Shown: positions 1 through 12,896 of the stretch, piece by piece | How positions within the stretch are numbered: the first letter of the stretch is position 1 | How the letters are laid out: each line of letters begins with the position of its first letter | Assembly: GCF_006345805.1 (NCBI RefSeq) | Contig: NC_043017.1 | Span: 29,326,001-29,390,000, forward strand | Source of the DNA: Octopus sinensis | Lineage: Eukaryota | DNA length: 64,000 bases | Direction of reading: 5' to 3' | Position numbers and translations under genes: made by a program | The notes under the pieces: model-generated | What the model saw: the letters and a program-made list of their open reading frames with translations, nothing else | Database searches by the model: none | Told to the model about the DNA's origin: nothing

Positions 1-909
1 CTTTTTTTTCTTTCCACTGACAATAGGGTCTTCATTAAGAGAATCAGACTATCTTGCAAACAAGTCCATATAATATACGTTGAAGACACAAGGGATATAG
101 TTTTTGGAAAGTGTATAATCGATTTCATCGGCTTATTGTATTTGACTAGAAATTGGCATAAACAAATGTAATTTTGACCTCCCTCAGCGCAGTTTGAACT
201 CAGAAATCAAAGAGAGGAAAAAGAGTGAGGGGTGTAGAATAAAAAGAAAATAAGATTACAAAATTCTGTTTTCCGATCTACCTAGTTTGCCACCACAGCG
301 CCCTTAATCAAATAAGTAGATAAATAAATAAATAAATAGATTTAATAATAATAATATATTATTAATAATAATAATAGCAAATACGACGACAATAATGCAG
401 AAAAAAAAAATGTAGGTATGAAAAACAACTTCCGTTTCGAAAATGTCAAACTAAATATTTCTTGCCACCCATTGCGCGATCAAAAAATATAGATAAATAA
501 ATAGATAACGAAACAAACAAACAAAGGAAGGAAGAAAGAAAGGAAGGAAGAAAAGTACCTAGGAATGTTTAGCTATATTTTGCTAAACGTATTGAAGCCA
601 CGAAATTTTAGTCAGAGGTGAATTTTGTTCAGGTGAGTTGCCCCGAGCGAGTACGTTTATAAATAGAGTATGTTGGCAGTCGTACACTCACAACAGGAAG
701 TATGTAACATGACAGATGTTGGGCTAGCGGATATTTCTGAAGTTGATCAAAATAAATATATTGGATATATATAAATATATCGCAAGATGAGTACGTCTAA
801 CTGTTATCATGTACTTATATATATATGTGTGTGTATGCGTGAATAAAGTTCGTATTAATGAATGATAAAAATTGATGCCTTATCAACTGCATGAGTGTGT
901 GTATATATA

Positions 910-944
<35 letters not shown>

Positions 945-1047
945 ACACGTGTGTGTGAGTGTGTATTTGTGTTTAAATATATACCTGTATATATACGCAT
1001 ATACACATAAATACGCATGAAGCACACACGTATGTACGCATGTCTCT

Positions 1048-1082
<35 letters not shown>

Positions 1083-1084
1083 AT

Positions 1085-1132
<48 letters not shown>

Positions 1133-1167
1133 ACACACACACACACATATATAATTGTGTGTATATA

Positions 1168-1351
1168 CTTTTATTCTTTTGCTTGTTTCAGTCATTTGAC
1201 TGCGGCCATGCTGGAGCACCACTTTTAGTCGAACTACTCAACTCCAGGACTTATTCTTTGTAAGCCTAGTACTTATTCTATCACTCTATTTTGCCGAAGT
1301 ACTAGCTTACATGGACGTTAAATACACCAACATCGGTTGTCAAGCGATGGT

Positions 1352-1394
<43 letters not shown>

Positions 1395-1540
1395 TATATA
1401 TATATAGGACGAGTTTCTCTCGGTTTTCGTATACCAAATCCACTCACAGGGTTTTGGTCGGCCCGTGGCTAAGTCAGAAAACATTTATCCAAGGTGCCAC
1501 GCAGTCGGACTGAACCCGGAAACATGTGGTTGAGAAGCCA
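1168..1540 (-). mobile_element. SINE-A (tRNA head, CORE-like CTTGGGCAAG segment, internal microsatellite)
   Basis: Family consensus match. The head is cut off by a fold-back. Confidence 0.85.
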
Positions 1541-1544
1541 GGTA

Positions 1545-1575
<31 letters not shown>

Positions 1576-1876
1576 GTGCACACATACCTGGCTTCTCAAC
1601 CATATGTTTCGGGAATTTTCTTTGTGTTGTATGTCTTGTACTCTATCTTTTCGTTGTTTAAGAAAAATGTCCATTTCCTTGGTTTTGTGTTTGTTTTCGT
1701 TTCCCATTGTGTTTGACATTTTCTTTGGTGTCCTGTACCCATATATGCATGTATATGTAGAGGTAGAGGAGGTACGTACATATATGTATGTATATATGCA
1801 TATGTTTTATTTATTAATTTGTTATATATATATATACATATATATATATGTGTGCGCGTGAATGTGTGTATACATA

Positions 1877-1891
1877 TTTTATTTGAGCGTT

Positions 1892-1937
<46 letters not shown>

Positions 1938-2290
1938 CATACAAATATAATACATAATACAAACATATATATATATATATATAAACATACAAATATATAC
2001 ATATATACAAACATATATATAAATACATACAAATATAATAAATATATACAAACATATATATATATATATATAAATACATACAAATATAATACATATATAC
2101 AAACATATATATATATATATATAAATACATACAAATATAATACATATATACAAACATATATATATATATATATATATATAAATACATACAAATATAATAC
2201 ATATATACAAACATATATATATATATATATATACATACAAATATAATACATATATATATATACAAACATACATACAAACATATATATATA
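1877..2290. repeat. AT-rich minisatellite (ATAAATACATACAAATATAATACATATATACAAAC + (TA)n), about 6 units
   Basis: Direct inspection. Confidence 0.85.
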
Positions 2291-3687
2291 CACATGTGTG
2301 TATACACTCACATACACACGTGGGCTCTCCCGTCGAAAACGGCGCATGTACGTTCAGCCTTTGCGCCAAACGATTCATCATTTATATATTAAAATTGACC
2401 AACTTTTTTCAATATTTTTTTTGTAAACTCCGATCCAAGAATTAGATCTGGTTATAAATAGCTCTGTGCCTCTATACTTCATATCTTTGGCCATTTTCAG
2501 TGTTTAAACACGATATATTCATGTGTTACTCGGTATACGGGGAAATAGTTGCAAGAGATTGTTAACAAGGGAGGCAACCCTTACTGACTAAAATGTTTAG
2601 CAAAATATTCGATATTTACTTTAGCCTGCAAATGTGGAAGTAGCTGTAGTGATGAAAAATGTATGTATGAATCTGTGTGTGTGTGTATGTATGAATGTAT
2701 ATTGTGTATGTATGTATGCGTGTTATCTATGTATGTATGCGTGTTGTGTATATATCTATTGGATATAAATATAGTCACACATGTACATGCACACATATCC
2801 ACATAAATATATATGCACACACACACATATATATATATATACACACATATATATGCTCATGTATACATACGCATACATGCTTACATATATACATACTAAC
2901 CTATATATATATGTGCGTGTGTACATGTGCGTGTGTACATGTGCGTGTGTGTATATGTGCGTGTGTGTATGTGTGTGTGAATATATATATGTGCGCGCGT
3001 GTGTGTTTATAAATACATACATATAAAAGTAAATTAAATATCCGTAGTTGTAGTTGTAAATTAAATATCTCGCGCACACAACGTGCTCACGCAAACACGC
3101 ACCCACACATACACACACACAAATACACATTGGCATTCGATTGTTCCAATTTTAAACGAGCATTATATGATATCTATGTAATTTCTCGCCTAGTAATTTA
3201 TTTCATTCCGCTGGCAAGAACCATTTCTACATGTTATAACACACATTCATTCTTAAAATTCTTTGAAAGGTTATGCACAGGAAAAAAAAAAACCCCCAGA
3301 AAAATAAACGGCACATATTTAATAAAACCTTGAAATAAATGAGGGATTACATAATTAGCTGATGGGCTTGTTATGCACTATGCAATCGAGATGTATTAAT
3401 TTATACATCATTTATCATCGTCAGAGATCATTAAGTTAGTGGCATGAACAGAGGATGGTAAAGTTTTCTGGAGGATATGGAAATGAACTAATAATGACAA
3501 TAGGTTTTTCGATTGGAAATAACTGTCTTGAAAACTGTATTTTCTATGCGAATATTACGTTTATTCTTTGATACTCTCATCTCCCATGGAACCTCATATA
3601 CGTAAGAATCTTTCAGTTGAAGCATACGTTATTGTATGAGTATATATCTAATTGGGTATTCAGAAATATGTATAAATGTGTATTTAT

Positions 3688-3853
3688 ATAGGTGCAGGCG
3701 TGGCTATGTTGTAAGAAGCCTGCTTCCCAACCACATGGTTCTGGGTTCAGTACCTCTGCGTGGCACCTTGTGTAATTGTCTTCTACTATAGCCTCGGGAC
3801 CACCAAAGCCTTGTGAATGGTTCTGATAGACGGAAACTGAAAGAAGGCTGTCA
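3688..3853 (+). mobile_element. SINE-A 5' half
   Basis: ATAGGTGCAGGCGTGGCT...GACGGAAACTGAAAGAAG. Confidence 0.8.
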
Positions 3854-4459
3854 TATATATTTTATCTAGTTTAAGCTCACGAGCTGTGGCCATGCTGGAT
3901 CGAAACGTGAATTTTTTTTAACGCATTGCGCGTTACCTAGAGGTTAAGATTTTCGATTCGCAATCATAACGTTGTATTTTTAAATTCGAGACTCTACAGC
4001 GAGCTGTGTTTCAACGGGTCGCTACATTTCGTGTGGGTACAATTATCTCACCTGAAAATGCATAGACAGAGAGATGGAGAGAGTGCACTAGTATTCGGTT
4101 TCTGTCTCCTTCTCTCTATCACTTTTCTCATTTTTTCTTTGCCCTTCTCTCCTTCCCCTCTAAGTCCTTCCACCCTCTCTTCTCCCTCCCATTTAAGTCC
4201 TTCGCCCTCTCTTTTTTCTCCCTATATTTTCTCTCCAGGTGTCACATCCAGGACGCGTCATTGGGTCAAAGTGTGGGAGAATCGAAAGAGTGTCTATGTC
4301 GTTTCTCGGGGTCACAGGCGCCAACGTCAATTCGCAAAAGCATCTTACGTTTAATGAAGTCATAGACGAATGCAAGTGTTCATGCTAATTTGTATTCGAT
4401 CATTCTGGAGGGATTCAAAATATATTTCAAGACCAAATTTCTGGAATTACTTCACGACT

Positions 4460-4740
4460 ACGCGCGGTTTAGGGGTTAAGGCATTCGTCTCACGATCGTA
4501 AGGTCGTGAGTTCGATTCCTGGCGGCGTGTTTATTTTCCGTTGCTCCGGTCCACTCAGCTGGAAAAACTGAGCTGCACCTGTAATTCAAAAGGATCAGCT
4601 TTGTGACATTCTATCTCGCTGAATCTCCCTGAGATCTAATTAAGGATACGCTTGTTTGTGGAGTGCTCAACCCCTTACACGTTAATTTCACGAGCAAGCT
4701 GTTCTATTGACCGGATCAACTGGAACCCTTGTCCTCGTAA
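4460..4740 (+). mobile_element. SINE-D (tRNA head, TTGCTCCGGTCCACTCAGCTG core)
   Basis: B box GAGTTCGATTCC; D tail GTGGAGTGCTCA...GGATCAACTGGAACCC. Confidence 0.8.
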
Positions 4741-4746
4741 ACCCGC

Positions 4747-4957
4747 TCTCTTTTACTTGTTTCAGTCATTTGACTGCGGCCATGCTGGAGCACCGCCTTT
4801 AATCGAGAAACTCGCCCCCAGGACTTATTTTTGTAAGCCCAGTACTTATTCTATCGGCCTCTTTTGCCGAACCGCTAAATGACGGGGACGTAAACACACC
4901 AGCATCGGTTGTCAAGCAATGCTAGGGAGACAAACAGACGCACAAATATACACGCAC

Positions 4958-4997
<40 letters not shown>

Positions 4998-5155
4998 ACG
5001 GGCTCCTTCCAGTTTCCGCCTACCAAGTCCACTCACAAGGCTTTGGTCGGCCCGAAGCTATAGTAGAAGACACTTGCCCAAAGTGCCACGAAGTGGGACT
5101 GAACCCGGAACCATGTGGTTGGTAAACAAGCTACTTACCATACAGCCACTCCTGT
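4747..5155 (-). mobile_element. SINE-A, full length
   Basis: Tail, (TA)n and head all present. Confidence 0.9.
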
Positions 5156-6394
5156 ACTTTTTCACTACAAATTTCTCTCAATCTTTCTTCCTACTTCTGC
5201 CACAAAGCAGAGGAACCATAGTGTAACCCACTATGATTTGGTGAACTTTCAGACCCTAGTCTAGATTGCGAATCCTCTGTACCCCAGGATGGTTCAGCTG
5301 TCCACCCGTTAAAAAGCTACCGTTTACAGAACGAGGATAACAACGTAGCTTTCGCGCCCGTGAAACCGCCAGTCTATCGCGTGTGGTAGGTGGATCTTCA
5401 AGTTGCTACACGCATTCTTAGTAGCTTCGAGTTGGCTCAAATTAGAGATTATTCCGTGTGGTTAATGGCGTGATTGGAAGAAGGAACGGCGACGACATCA
5501 CCCTGCCACCTTCGATAACCTCTTGTTTTTCCTTCCTACTGTATAGTAGAGGCTACTTAGTGTAAAGCAGTATAAAAGAAGAGGTCACTTAGTACAAAGC
5601 AGAATATAATTCACTAAACATTCTAGTAGCTCTTAAGAACCACTCCTTGAGACGACTGTTTACAATGTATTGATAAGAGTAGACTCAAGCTGCTAAACCA
5701 TGGAAACATTCATTTTATTTCTGTTATTATGATACAAAGAAATTATCAGACACTATTATTATAACTATACGAAAGACTAAGTAGGATATTCATTAGAACA
5801 CTATATAAAACAATAAAGCATGGCGCTCTCTTACTCTTTAGCAGAGTGTGGATGGCCCAAGCAGATTTTCAAGAATCTGCATACTTTCTGTTCGAGCGCC
5901 TTCCTGTATCTTACCTTCCACTCTACGGAATCTCCTGATGGGGCCAAGTTCGTAATTTCTTATAGTTTTATTATTAATCTGCAGCCAACTTCCTTCGGCT
6001 TTTATTGTCATTAACATGTGCTTGTATGGAATAGATTCGGTCACTTTCCCCAATAAATTATTCTTGAAAAATTCTAAGCCTTTCTAATCGGATATATTCC
6101 GCATCAGAAAAGCCAAATTGATGAGATTTCATCAAGTACACTTAATGATTGTCGATAAAGTAGGGAAGATACTGGGTGGATCGAATTTAATGGGCCTAGT
6201 CACGGTTGGAAACTGTATCTAGCTGGTTTAGCTCCATTGGATTCAACTGTAACAGAGGCATATTTGCTTAAATAAATAAACCGTGAATACCTTTGGAACC
6301 TTTGTAAAGTATTGCCACCAAATATCTATTATCTTGCTTCAAGTAATTATTTATTTTATATATTATTGTTTTTTTTAATATAAGTTTTTCGTTC

Positions 6395-6668
6395 AATTGT
6401 ATATTTATAGATCGGGAATTATGCACATTATTTACATTATTTACATTTGTCGGATATTTGTCCTCATCTTGTTTGTTGTTCACACAACATTTCGGCTGAT
6501 ATACCCTCCAACTTTCATCAGGTGTCTTGGGGAAATTTCGAACATGGGTTCTCATTCCTACGGTATTTTCCGACGTTATTATTAGTTTTTTTCCGGTCAC
6601 TGCTTGGAATTGAACTTGGAATCTTGGAGTTAGTAGCCCGCCCTCTTAATAACTACACCACATGTCCG
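6395..6668 (-). mobile_element. SINE-P: tRNA head + (AAT)n linker + Penelope-type terminus with hammerhead
   Basis: Head TGGTGTAGTT...AAGTTCAATTCC, then the body ACCGTAGGAATGAGAACCC...CCAAGACACCTGATGA...CCGAAATGTTGTG...GAGGACAAATATCC. Confidence 0.8.
6483..6527 (-). ncRNA. Minimal type-I hammerhead-like motif (family 1)
   Basis: GACAC-CTGATGA-A-AGTTG/CAGCC-GAAATGT-T-GTGTG. Stem II is partly mutated. Confidence 0.6.
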
Positions 6669-6905
6669 TAGGCGTAGTAGTGAAGAGCGCGGGCTACTAA
6701 CCCCAAGATTCCGAGTTCGATCCAGGCAGTGACCTGAATAATAATAATAATAATAATAATATCAAAATATACCTTAGGAATGAGAACCCGGGTGCGAAAT
6801 TTCCCCAAGACATCTGATGAAAGTTGGAGGGTATATCAGCCGAAATGTTATGTTAACAACAAACAAGATGAGGACAAATATCCGTCAAATATAAATAATT
6901 TAAGT
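6669..6905 (+). mobile_element. SINE-P copy, head-to-head with the previous copy
   Basis: A box TAGGCGTAGTAG, hairpin GGG-CTACTAA-CCC, B box GAGTTCGATCC, (AAT)8, same body. Confidence 0.82.
6809..6854 (+). ncRNA. Minimal type-I hammerhead-like motif (family 1)
   Basis: GACAT-CTGATGA-A-stem II-GAAATGT-T-ATGTT. The stem I closing pair is T-A here and C-G in the other copies. Confidence 0.62.
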
Positions 6906-7689
6906 TCTTGGTTTCTGTTATCAATTTAACTGAACACATCGATAGTGTATGCTCTTATATAAACCTTAGATTTACACTTTACTGATTTACAAATAACATT
7001 TTTGAGAAACACACGGAAGAAGAACTTCTTTAATGAAGCTCTAAGAACGAAAATAATAGCTTTTTAACGCAGTATGTATCGTATGAGCTCAGACATTTCA
7101 AAACTGATGCTTTTTGTTGCACCTAAAAGCTCGAAGTAGCGTAACCTAGATATATCTGTTGAAACTTCTTAGATACAGTTTTACAGATAGCATTGCATGA
7201 TTCCAACGATTATAGTAAGACTTGTTCACGAAATTTAGCTAGCAGGTAGGTACGTACATCTATCTACATGTCGTCATTCTATGCTGGATAATTAATACTT
7301 CATGTCACAAGCATTTCCTACAGAAATATCACGGTTGACGAGTGCAAGTGCACAAGAAGTTTAAATTCTGTCAGATTTCAAAACTTGTTTTCTAAACTCT
7401 CTGACGGAGACTACAGCATTTTAATCTACTTAAAGAGATAAATCGGAGATCGGGAGATCTATCAGAGATATTTTCAAATCGCGAACATGATTTAAAAGGA
7501 AGATTTCAATTTCCCAGTCGTTTGGCTTATATAAAATTAACAGATGTACTGTATATAGTGAGTGACAAATAATTATAGCCTTAGTGCTACAAACTTTGTC
7601 ATTCTAAGATGTGTTTGCGAAGATATCGTGCATATCTATCAACACATACTGTGGTCAATAATGGGAAGCTTGTGCTCTTATGAGATTGG

Positions 7690-7835
7690 TCGTTTCAGGA
7701 TAGCATTGACTGAGGTGACACGAAGTGATACCATGCATTCATTCGATCTCGGTGTTTCCATATCCCGGTGAATTAGGTGTATTGTGGACGAACATCAACT
7801 GGAGTGGTACTTGTAATTTAAAGGCCCTGCTCTAC
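7690..7835 (+). mobile_element. Degenerate SINE-D-type core
   Basis: TTCGATCTC...ATCAACTGGAGTGG...AAAGGCCCTGC. Confidence 0.45.
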
Positions 7836-8403
7836 CACACATTATATATGATTCAGGGTCCGACCTCGGAAATAATTTTAAGATATACGCGAATGTGACT
7901 GCTCCATCCAATCACGAGTTAAATTAATGAGGAAATAAAATTCTGCTCGAACAAAAGAAAACCAAACGTAAAACAATGTGGATGATTTTGCAATAAAAGT
8001 GTGACCTCTTTAGTTTCTTCTCTTCACGACCTTAATTCTCATCACCTTGAATGAGAATCAAGAATTAAGAATGCTTCTGCATTCTTCAGACTTTCAGACT
8101 TTTATGCTAAGCGCTGCCGTAAACATTAAATATATTTTCTCTCACCATAAAATGTCTTCCCTGAACATACAAATCAATACTACCGACTCACTACCTTACA
8201 CGATCATAAGCCCATTAACACACGCGCGCGCACGTGCTAACACACACATCTACATACACACATTTAATACATACATGCATACAAACAAATACATGTATAT
8301 ATTTATAAACATGAAATTTTACTATTCATGATAATTAAAATCGTATGCAAATTTACTGATATATTATGTACCCTAATTGATAAGGAACACTTGTATTTTT
8401 GTT

Positions 8404-8404
<1 letters not shown>

Positions 8405-8454
<50 letters not shown>

Positions 8455-8509
8455 TGTGGTGTGTGTGTGTGTGTGGTGTGTGTGGTGTGTGTGTGTGTAT
8501 ATGTGTGTA

Positions 8510-8557
<48 letters not shown>

Positions 8558-8584
8558 GTGTGTGTATATGTGTGTGTGTGTATA

Positions 8585-8661
<77 letters not shown>

Positions 8662-8670
8662 ATGTATATG
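8405..8670. repeat. (TG)n/(TA)n compound microsatellite
   Basis: Direct inspection. Confidence 0.95.
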
Positions 8671-9020
8671 TTTGGATGTTCGTATACAGGCAATCACCAA
8701 CTTGCCCGCATAAATATACAAATTGGTGTCGTGGAGAGTTTATGACTTCTATTTTATTTTCACAACAGAATTTGCAAATTACATTGATCATTAATGGCTT
8801 GTAACCTTTTATTAGCGTTAGATTACAGTTCAGTACAATGCAGTTTGCCTTCTGCTTTATATATATTTTGCTAACCTGTCCATCTAACCTATAGTTAATA
8901 TGCATTGGATGCATTGAAAACGCTTTGTGTATGGTTTGTGTTTAGTTTTAACCGATGTTGCTGATGTATTTATAGTGTTGTACTTGTATTCATTTTGTTC
9001 TAGTGTCTGCAAGTTTTAGC

Positions 9021-9427
9021 TTATTTCTTTACTGCCCACAAGGGGCTGAACAAAGAGGTGACAAACGGATTAAGTCGATTACATCGACCCCAGTGCGTAA
9101 CTGGTACTTAATTTATCGACCCCGAAAGGATGAAATGCAAAGTCGACCTCGGCGGAATTTGAACTCAGAACGTAACGGCAGACGAAATACCTATTTCTAT
9201 TTCTTTACTACCCACAAGGGGCTAAACACAGAGGGGACAAACAAGGACAAAGGGATTAAGTCGATTACATCGACCCCAGTGCGTTACTGGTACTTAATTT
9301 ATCGATCCCGAAAGAATGAAAGGCAAAGTCGACCTAGGCGGAATTTGAACTCGGAACGTAGCGGCAGACAAAATACCGGTAAGCATTTCGCCAGGCATGC
9401 TAACGTTTCTGCCAGCTCGCCGCCTTA
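9021..9427 (-). mobile_element. SINE-B dimer
   Basis: Core GTCGACTTTGCCTTTCATCCTTTCGGGGTCGATAAATTAAGTACCAG (from memory, Meta/Sauria-like) present twice. Confidence 0.85.
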
Positions 9428-9589
9428 GAAGCTAACATTTGCAAGTGTTAGCTTCTATGAATGCCTTTACTGACTGCTACTACATCATTGGTGAAAGAGA
9501 ATTTAAATGCTGTTCAGACAAAGGATTTCATCACTGACATTATGTATATTAGGGAGTCTGGTACACAGTCAAAGTTGCCAAAATCCTGT

Positions 9590-9880
9590 AAGACCGTCTG
9601 CAGATCATTAACGAAGAATGCTTTACAAATTCGATTGCAAATGTGAATGTTGTTAACTTCATGAATACAACTGTAATATTGGTTTGACATGAATGACATA
9701 CCTCGACCAACACACCGTTCACATACAGCATGAAGCATTTTGTAATACAATATTTGATACAGCACAGAACAAGGCTGGATAGCAAAGATTTAATAACAAA
9801 CATAAATGTCCTGCAAAGAATTATGAGCAAACTCTGAGGGTTTATTAATAATGAATGGAATACGCATAACACAGGAAAAA
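9590..9880 (+). pseudogene. Decayed Penelope-like GIY-YIG endonuclease fragment
   Basis: Frameshifted translation YKFDCKCECC*LHEYNCNIGLT*MTYLDQHTVHIQH followed by IQYLIQHRTRLDSKDLITNINVLQR resembles the PLE pattern VYKFxC...YIGxT...H...H. Confidence 0.45.
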
Positions 9881-10128
9881 TGTAAGGTAGAAGACCAAAA
9901 CGATATGAAAAAATAGTAATAAATAAAAAATATATATATGTAGGCTTGGACAAACAAGATTCAGCGATCGACTCTTTAAGGTACGATGGCAAAAGAAGGA
10001 AATATGAAACAATCTCATTATCTAAGTGTCATTTCAGAAGGATGTTTTAATCGATGTCTGTGTATATGTGAGTTTCTCTCTCTCTCTATCCCTCTCTCTC
10101 TCATACACACACACACTCTTTCTCTCAC

Positions 10129-10149
<21 letters not shown>

Positions 10150-10160
<11 letters not shown>

Positions 10161-10823
10161 CACACACACACATATATACACACACACACACATATATACA
10201 CACACACACACACATATATATACACACACACACACATATATACACACACACATATATATACACACCACATATATACACACACACACACACATATATATAA
10301 CAACACCACACACCCATATATATACACACACACACATATATATACACACACACACCACCTATTATACACACACACACATATATATATACACACACACACA
10401 TTATATACACACACACACACACCATATATATATACACACACACATATATAACACACACCACACCACATATATACACACACACATATATACACACCCCTAT
10501 ATATACACACACACATATATACACACACACACATATATACACACACACACACACACATATATACACACACACATATATACAAACACACACACACACATAT
10601 ATACAAACACACACGCCATATATATACACACACACACGCATATATATACACACACACACGCATATATATACACACACACATATATATATATACACACACA
10701 CACATATATATACACACACACATATGTATACACACACACACGCATATATACACACACACACACACACATATATATACACACACATATATATACACACACA
10801 TATATATACACACACATATATAT

Positions 10824-10854
<31 letters not shown>

Positions 10855-11106
10855 TATACACACACACACATATACACACACACACATATACACACACACA
10901 CATATACACACACACACATATACACACATATACACACACACACATATACACACAACACACACACACACAACACCATACACACACACATACACACACACAC
11001 ATATACACACACACACCATACACACAACATATACACACACACATTAACACACACATATACACACACACACACATATACACACACAAATATACACACACAC
11101 ACATAT

Positions 11107-11137
<31 letters not shown>

Positions 11138-11200
11138 CATATACATACACACACACATATACATACACACACACATACACACACACACACACATATATAT
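10150..11200. repeat. About 1 kb (CA)n(TA)n compound microsatellite
   Basis: Direct inspection. Confidence 0.95.
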
Positions 11201-11641
11201 GTATATATGAACAAAAATAAGTGTTCCTTATCAATTAGGGTACATAATATATCAGTAAATTTGCATACGATTTTAAATCATGAATAGTAAAATTATATAT
11301 ATATATGTGTGTGTATGTATGTATTATGTAAAGTCATATATAGAGCTGAGCGATTAATTGAAGGATCACTGAATGCATTTTAAACGTTGATACACACACG
11401 CATATATATATATATATACACACACACATACATACACACATATATTCATATATGAATATCCGCGCAGACTGATCCACTCAGACACACGCTTCTCAGTGTT
11501 TGTGTGTATGTATGTGAGTGTGAGCGTGTTTTTTTGTGTGTGTATGAATTTAATGTATGTATATACGGGCGATGTTCATGCTATGTCATATGAATAAAAA
11601 TGGAATTCTATCGAAGCACTCAGAAACAAAGTACCACTCAC

Positions 11642-11746
11642 CTTTGTCAAACCTTGATCTTTCAGCTTCAAAACATTCAGGGAAAAATCTGATCTCTCTC
11701 CCTTATGATCAAACATTACTCGGCCCGATAATCCATCGAAAACTAC
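11642..11746 (-). CDS. GRIK-like: iGluR ATD exon C, 35 aa, phase 0/0
   Basis: ttctttttatag|GTA...AAG|gtgagt. Translates VVFDGLSGRVMFDHKGERSDFSLNVLKLKDQGLTK, matching the GLTGxIxFxxxGxRxxFxL motif at the end of the ATD. In frame with exon B. Confidence 0.95.
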
Positions 11747-11879
11747 CTATAAAAAGAAAAAACACATTACCTTGAAAAACGCGTAAAGTTTGACGTTTAA
11801 TGTCATATAAACAGAGCCATTAGAATCGTTCTTCAGTAAAGAGAACACACATATACGATATATATATACATACACACAC

Positions 11880-12285
11880 ATAGGCGCAGGAGTGGCTGTG
11901 TGGTAAGTAGCTTGCTTACCAACCACATGGTTCCAGGTTGAGTCCCACTGCGTGGCACCTTGGGCAAGTGTCTTGTACTATAGCCTCGGGCCGACCAAAG
12001 CCTTGTGAGTGGATTTGGTAGACGGAAACTGAAAGAAGCCCGTCGTATATATGTATATATATGCGTATGTGTGTTTGTGTGTGTCCCCGTAGCATTGCTT
12101 GACAACCGATGCTAGTGTGATTATGCCCCCGTTACTTAGCGGTTCGGCAAAAGACCCCGATAGAATAAGTACTGGGCTTACAAAAGAATAAGTCCCGGGG
12201 TCGAGTTGCTCGATTAAAGGTGGTGCTCCAGCATGGCCACAGTCAAATGACTGAAACAAGTAAGAGTAAAAGAAAGAGTATTCAA
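11880..12285 (+). mobile_element. SINE-A, full length
   Basis: A box TGGCTGTGTGG, B box GGTTGAGTCCC, tail AAGAGTAAAAG. Confidence 0.9.
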
Positions 12286-12347
12286 AGTAAAGTTGTAAGG
12301 TAGCGCACGAGTGAAAATATATATGAAGGAAAATTTTTAAATCCATA

Positions 12348-12532
12348 GGTCTTTTAGAGATATATTATTGACTTCACAGGTTTCACTATTTTAGAAAATA
12401 TTATCAAAATTAAAATGTCAAGCTTTGTTGTGTTAAAAAATGGTTATCAAATTTTAACGCAACATTTTACTTTTGATAATCTTTTTCTAAAAATGTGAAA
12501 CCGGTCAAGTCAAAACACATCTCTAAAAGACC
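12348..12532. mobile_element. Palindromic MITE with TA flanks
   Basis: GGTCTTTTAGAGA...TCTCTAAAAGACC. The arms pair imperfectly over about 70 bp. Confidence 0.7.
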
Positions 12533-12584
12533 TATTCATTTTCAAACCTTCTTTCATACATATACATATTTCGTTTTTGGATTT

Positions 12585-12860
12585 GGTTTGCAAGATTCTT
12601 CATGAGTTCCTGTGTTGAAGCATATTCTGTTATGTCTGTGGAGAGTCATTTTCCTTTAGTGCCTTATAATGTAACACACTCACCGGTAAAATTTCCAATT
12701 ATTATTTTTATTTTCCTAAAATTTTCGTTGCATCTTGTAACCTTTTGAATAGTCTTGACTGTTTATAGGAAAATAAAAATACGAAATAAGTGGAAATTTT
12801 ATCGATGGGTGTGTTACATTATAAGGCACAAAAAGAAAATGACTCTTCCCAGACACAATA

Positions 12861-12865
<5 letters not shown>
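12585..12865. mobile_element. Fold-back/MITE-like element
   Basis: GAGTCATTTTC...GTGCCTTATAATGTAACACAC...AAATTTCCA recurs as its reverse complement at 12770-12860. Confidence 0.6.

Positions 12866-12896
<31 letters not shown>

Noticed and set aside
5820-6130. Coding-like GC-richer segment
   Set aside because: All frames are interrupted or unrecognisable. It is probably an old TE remnant that I could not assign.
6669-6735. Functional tRNA genes (also the heads of SINE-A, C and D)
   Set aside because: No complete acceptor stems. Each runs directly into a repeat body, so they are SINE heads.
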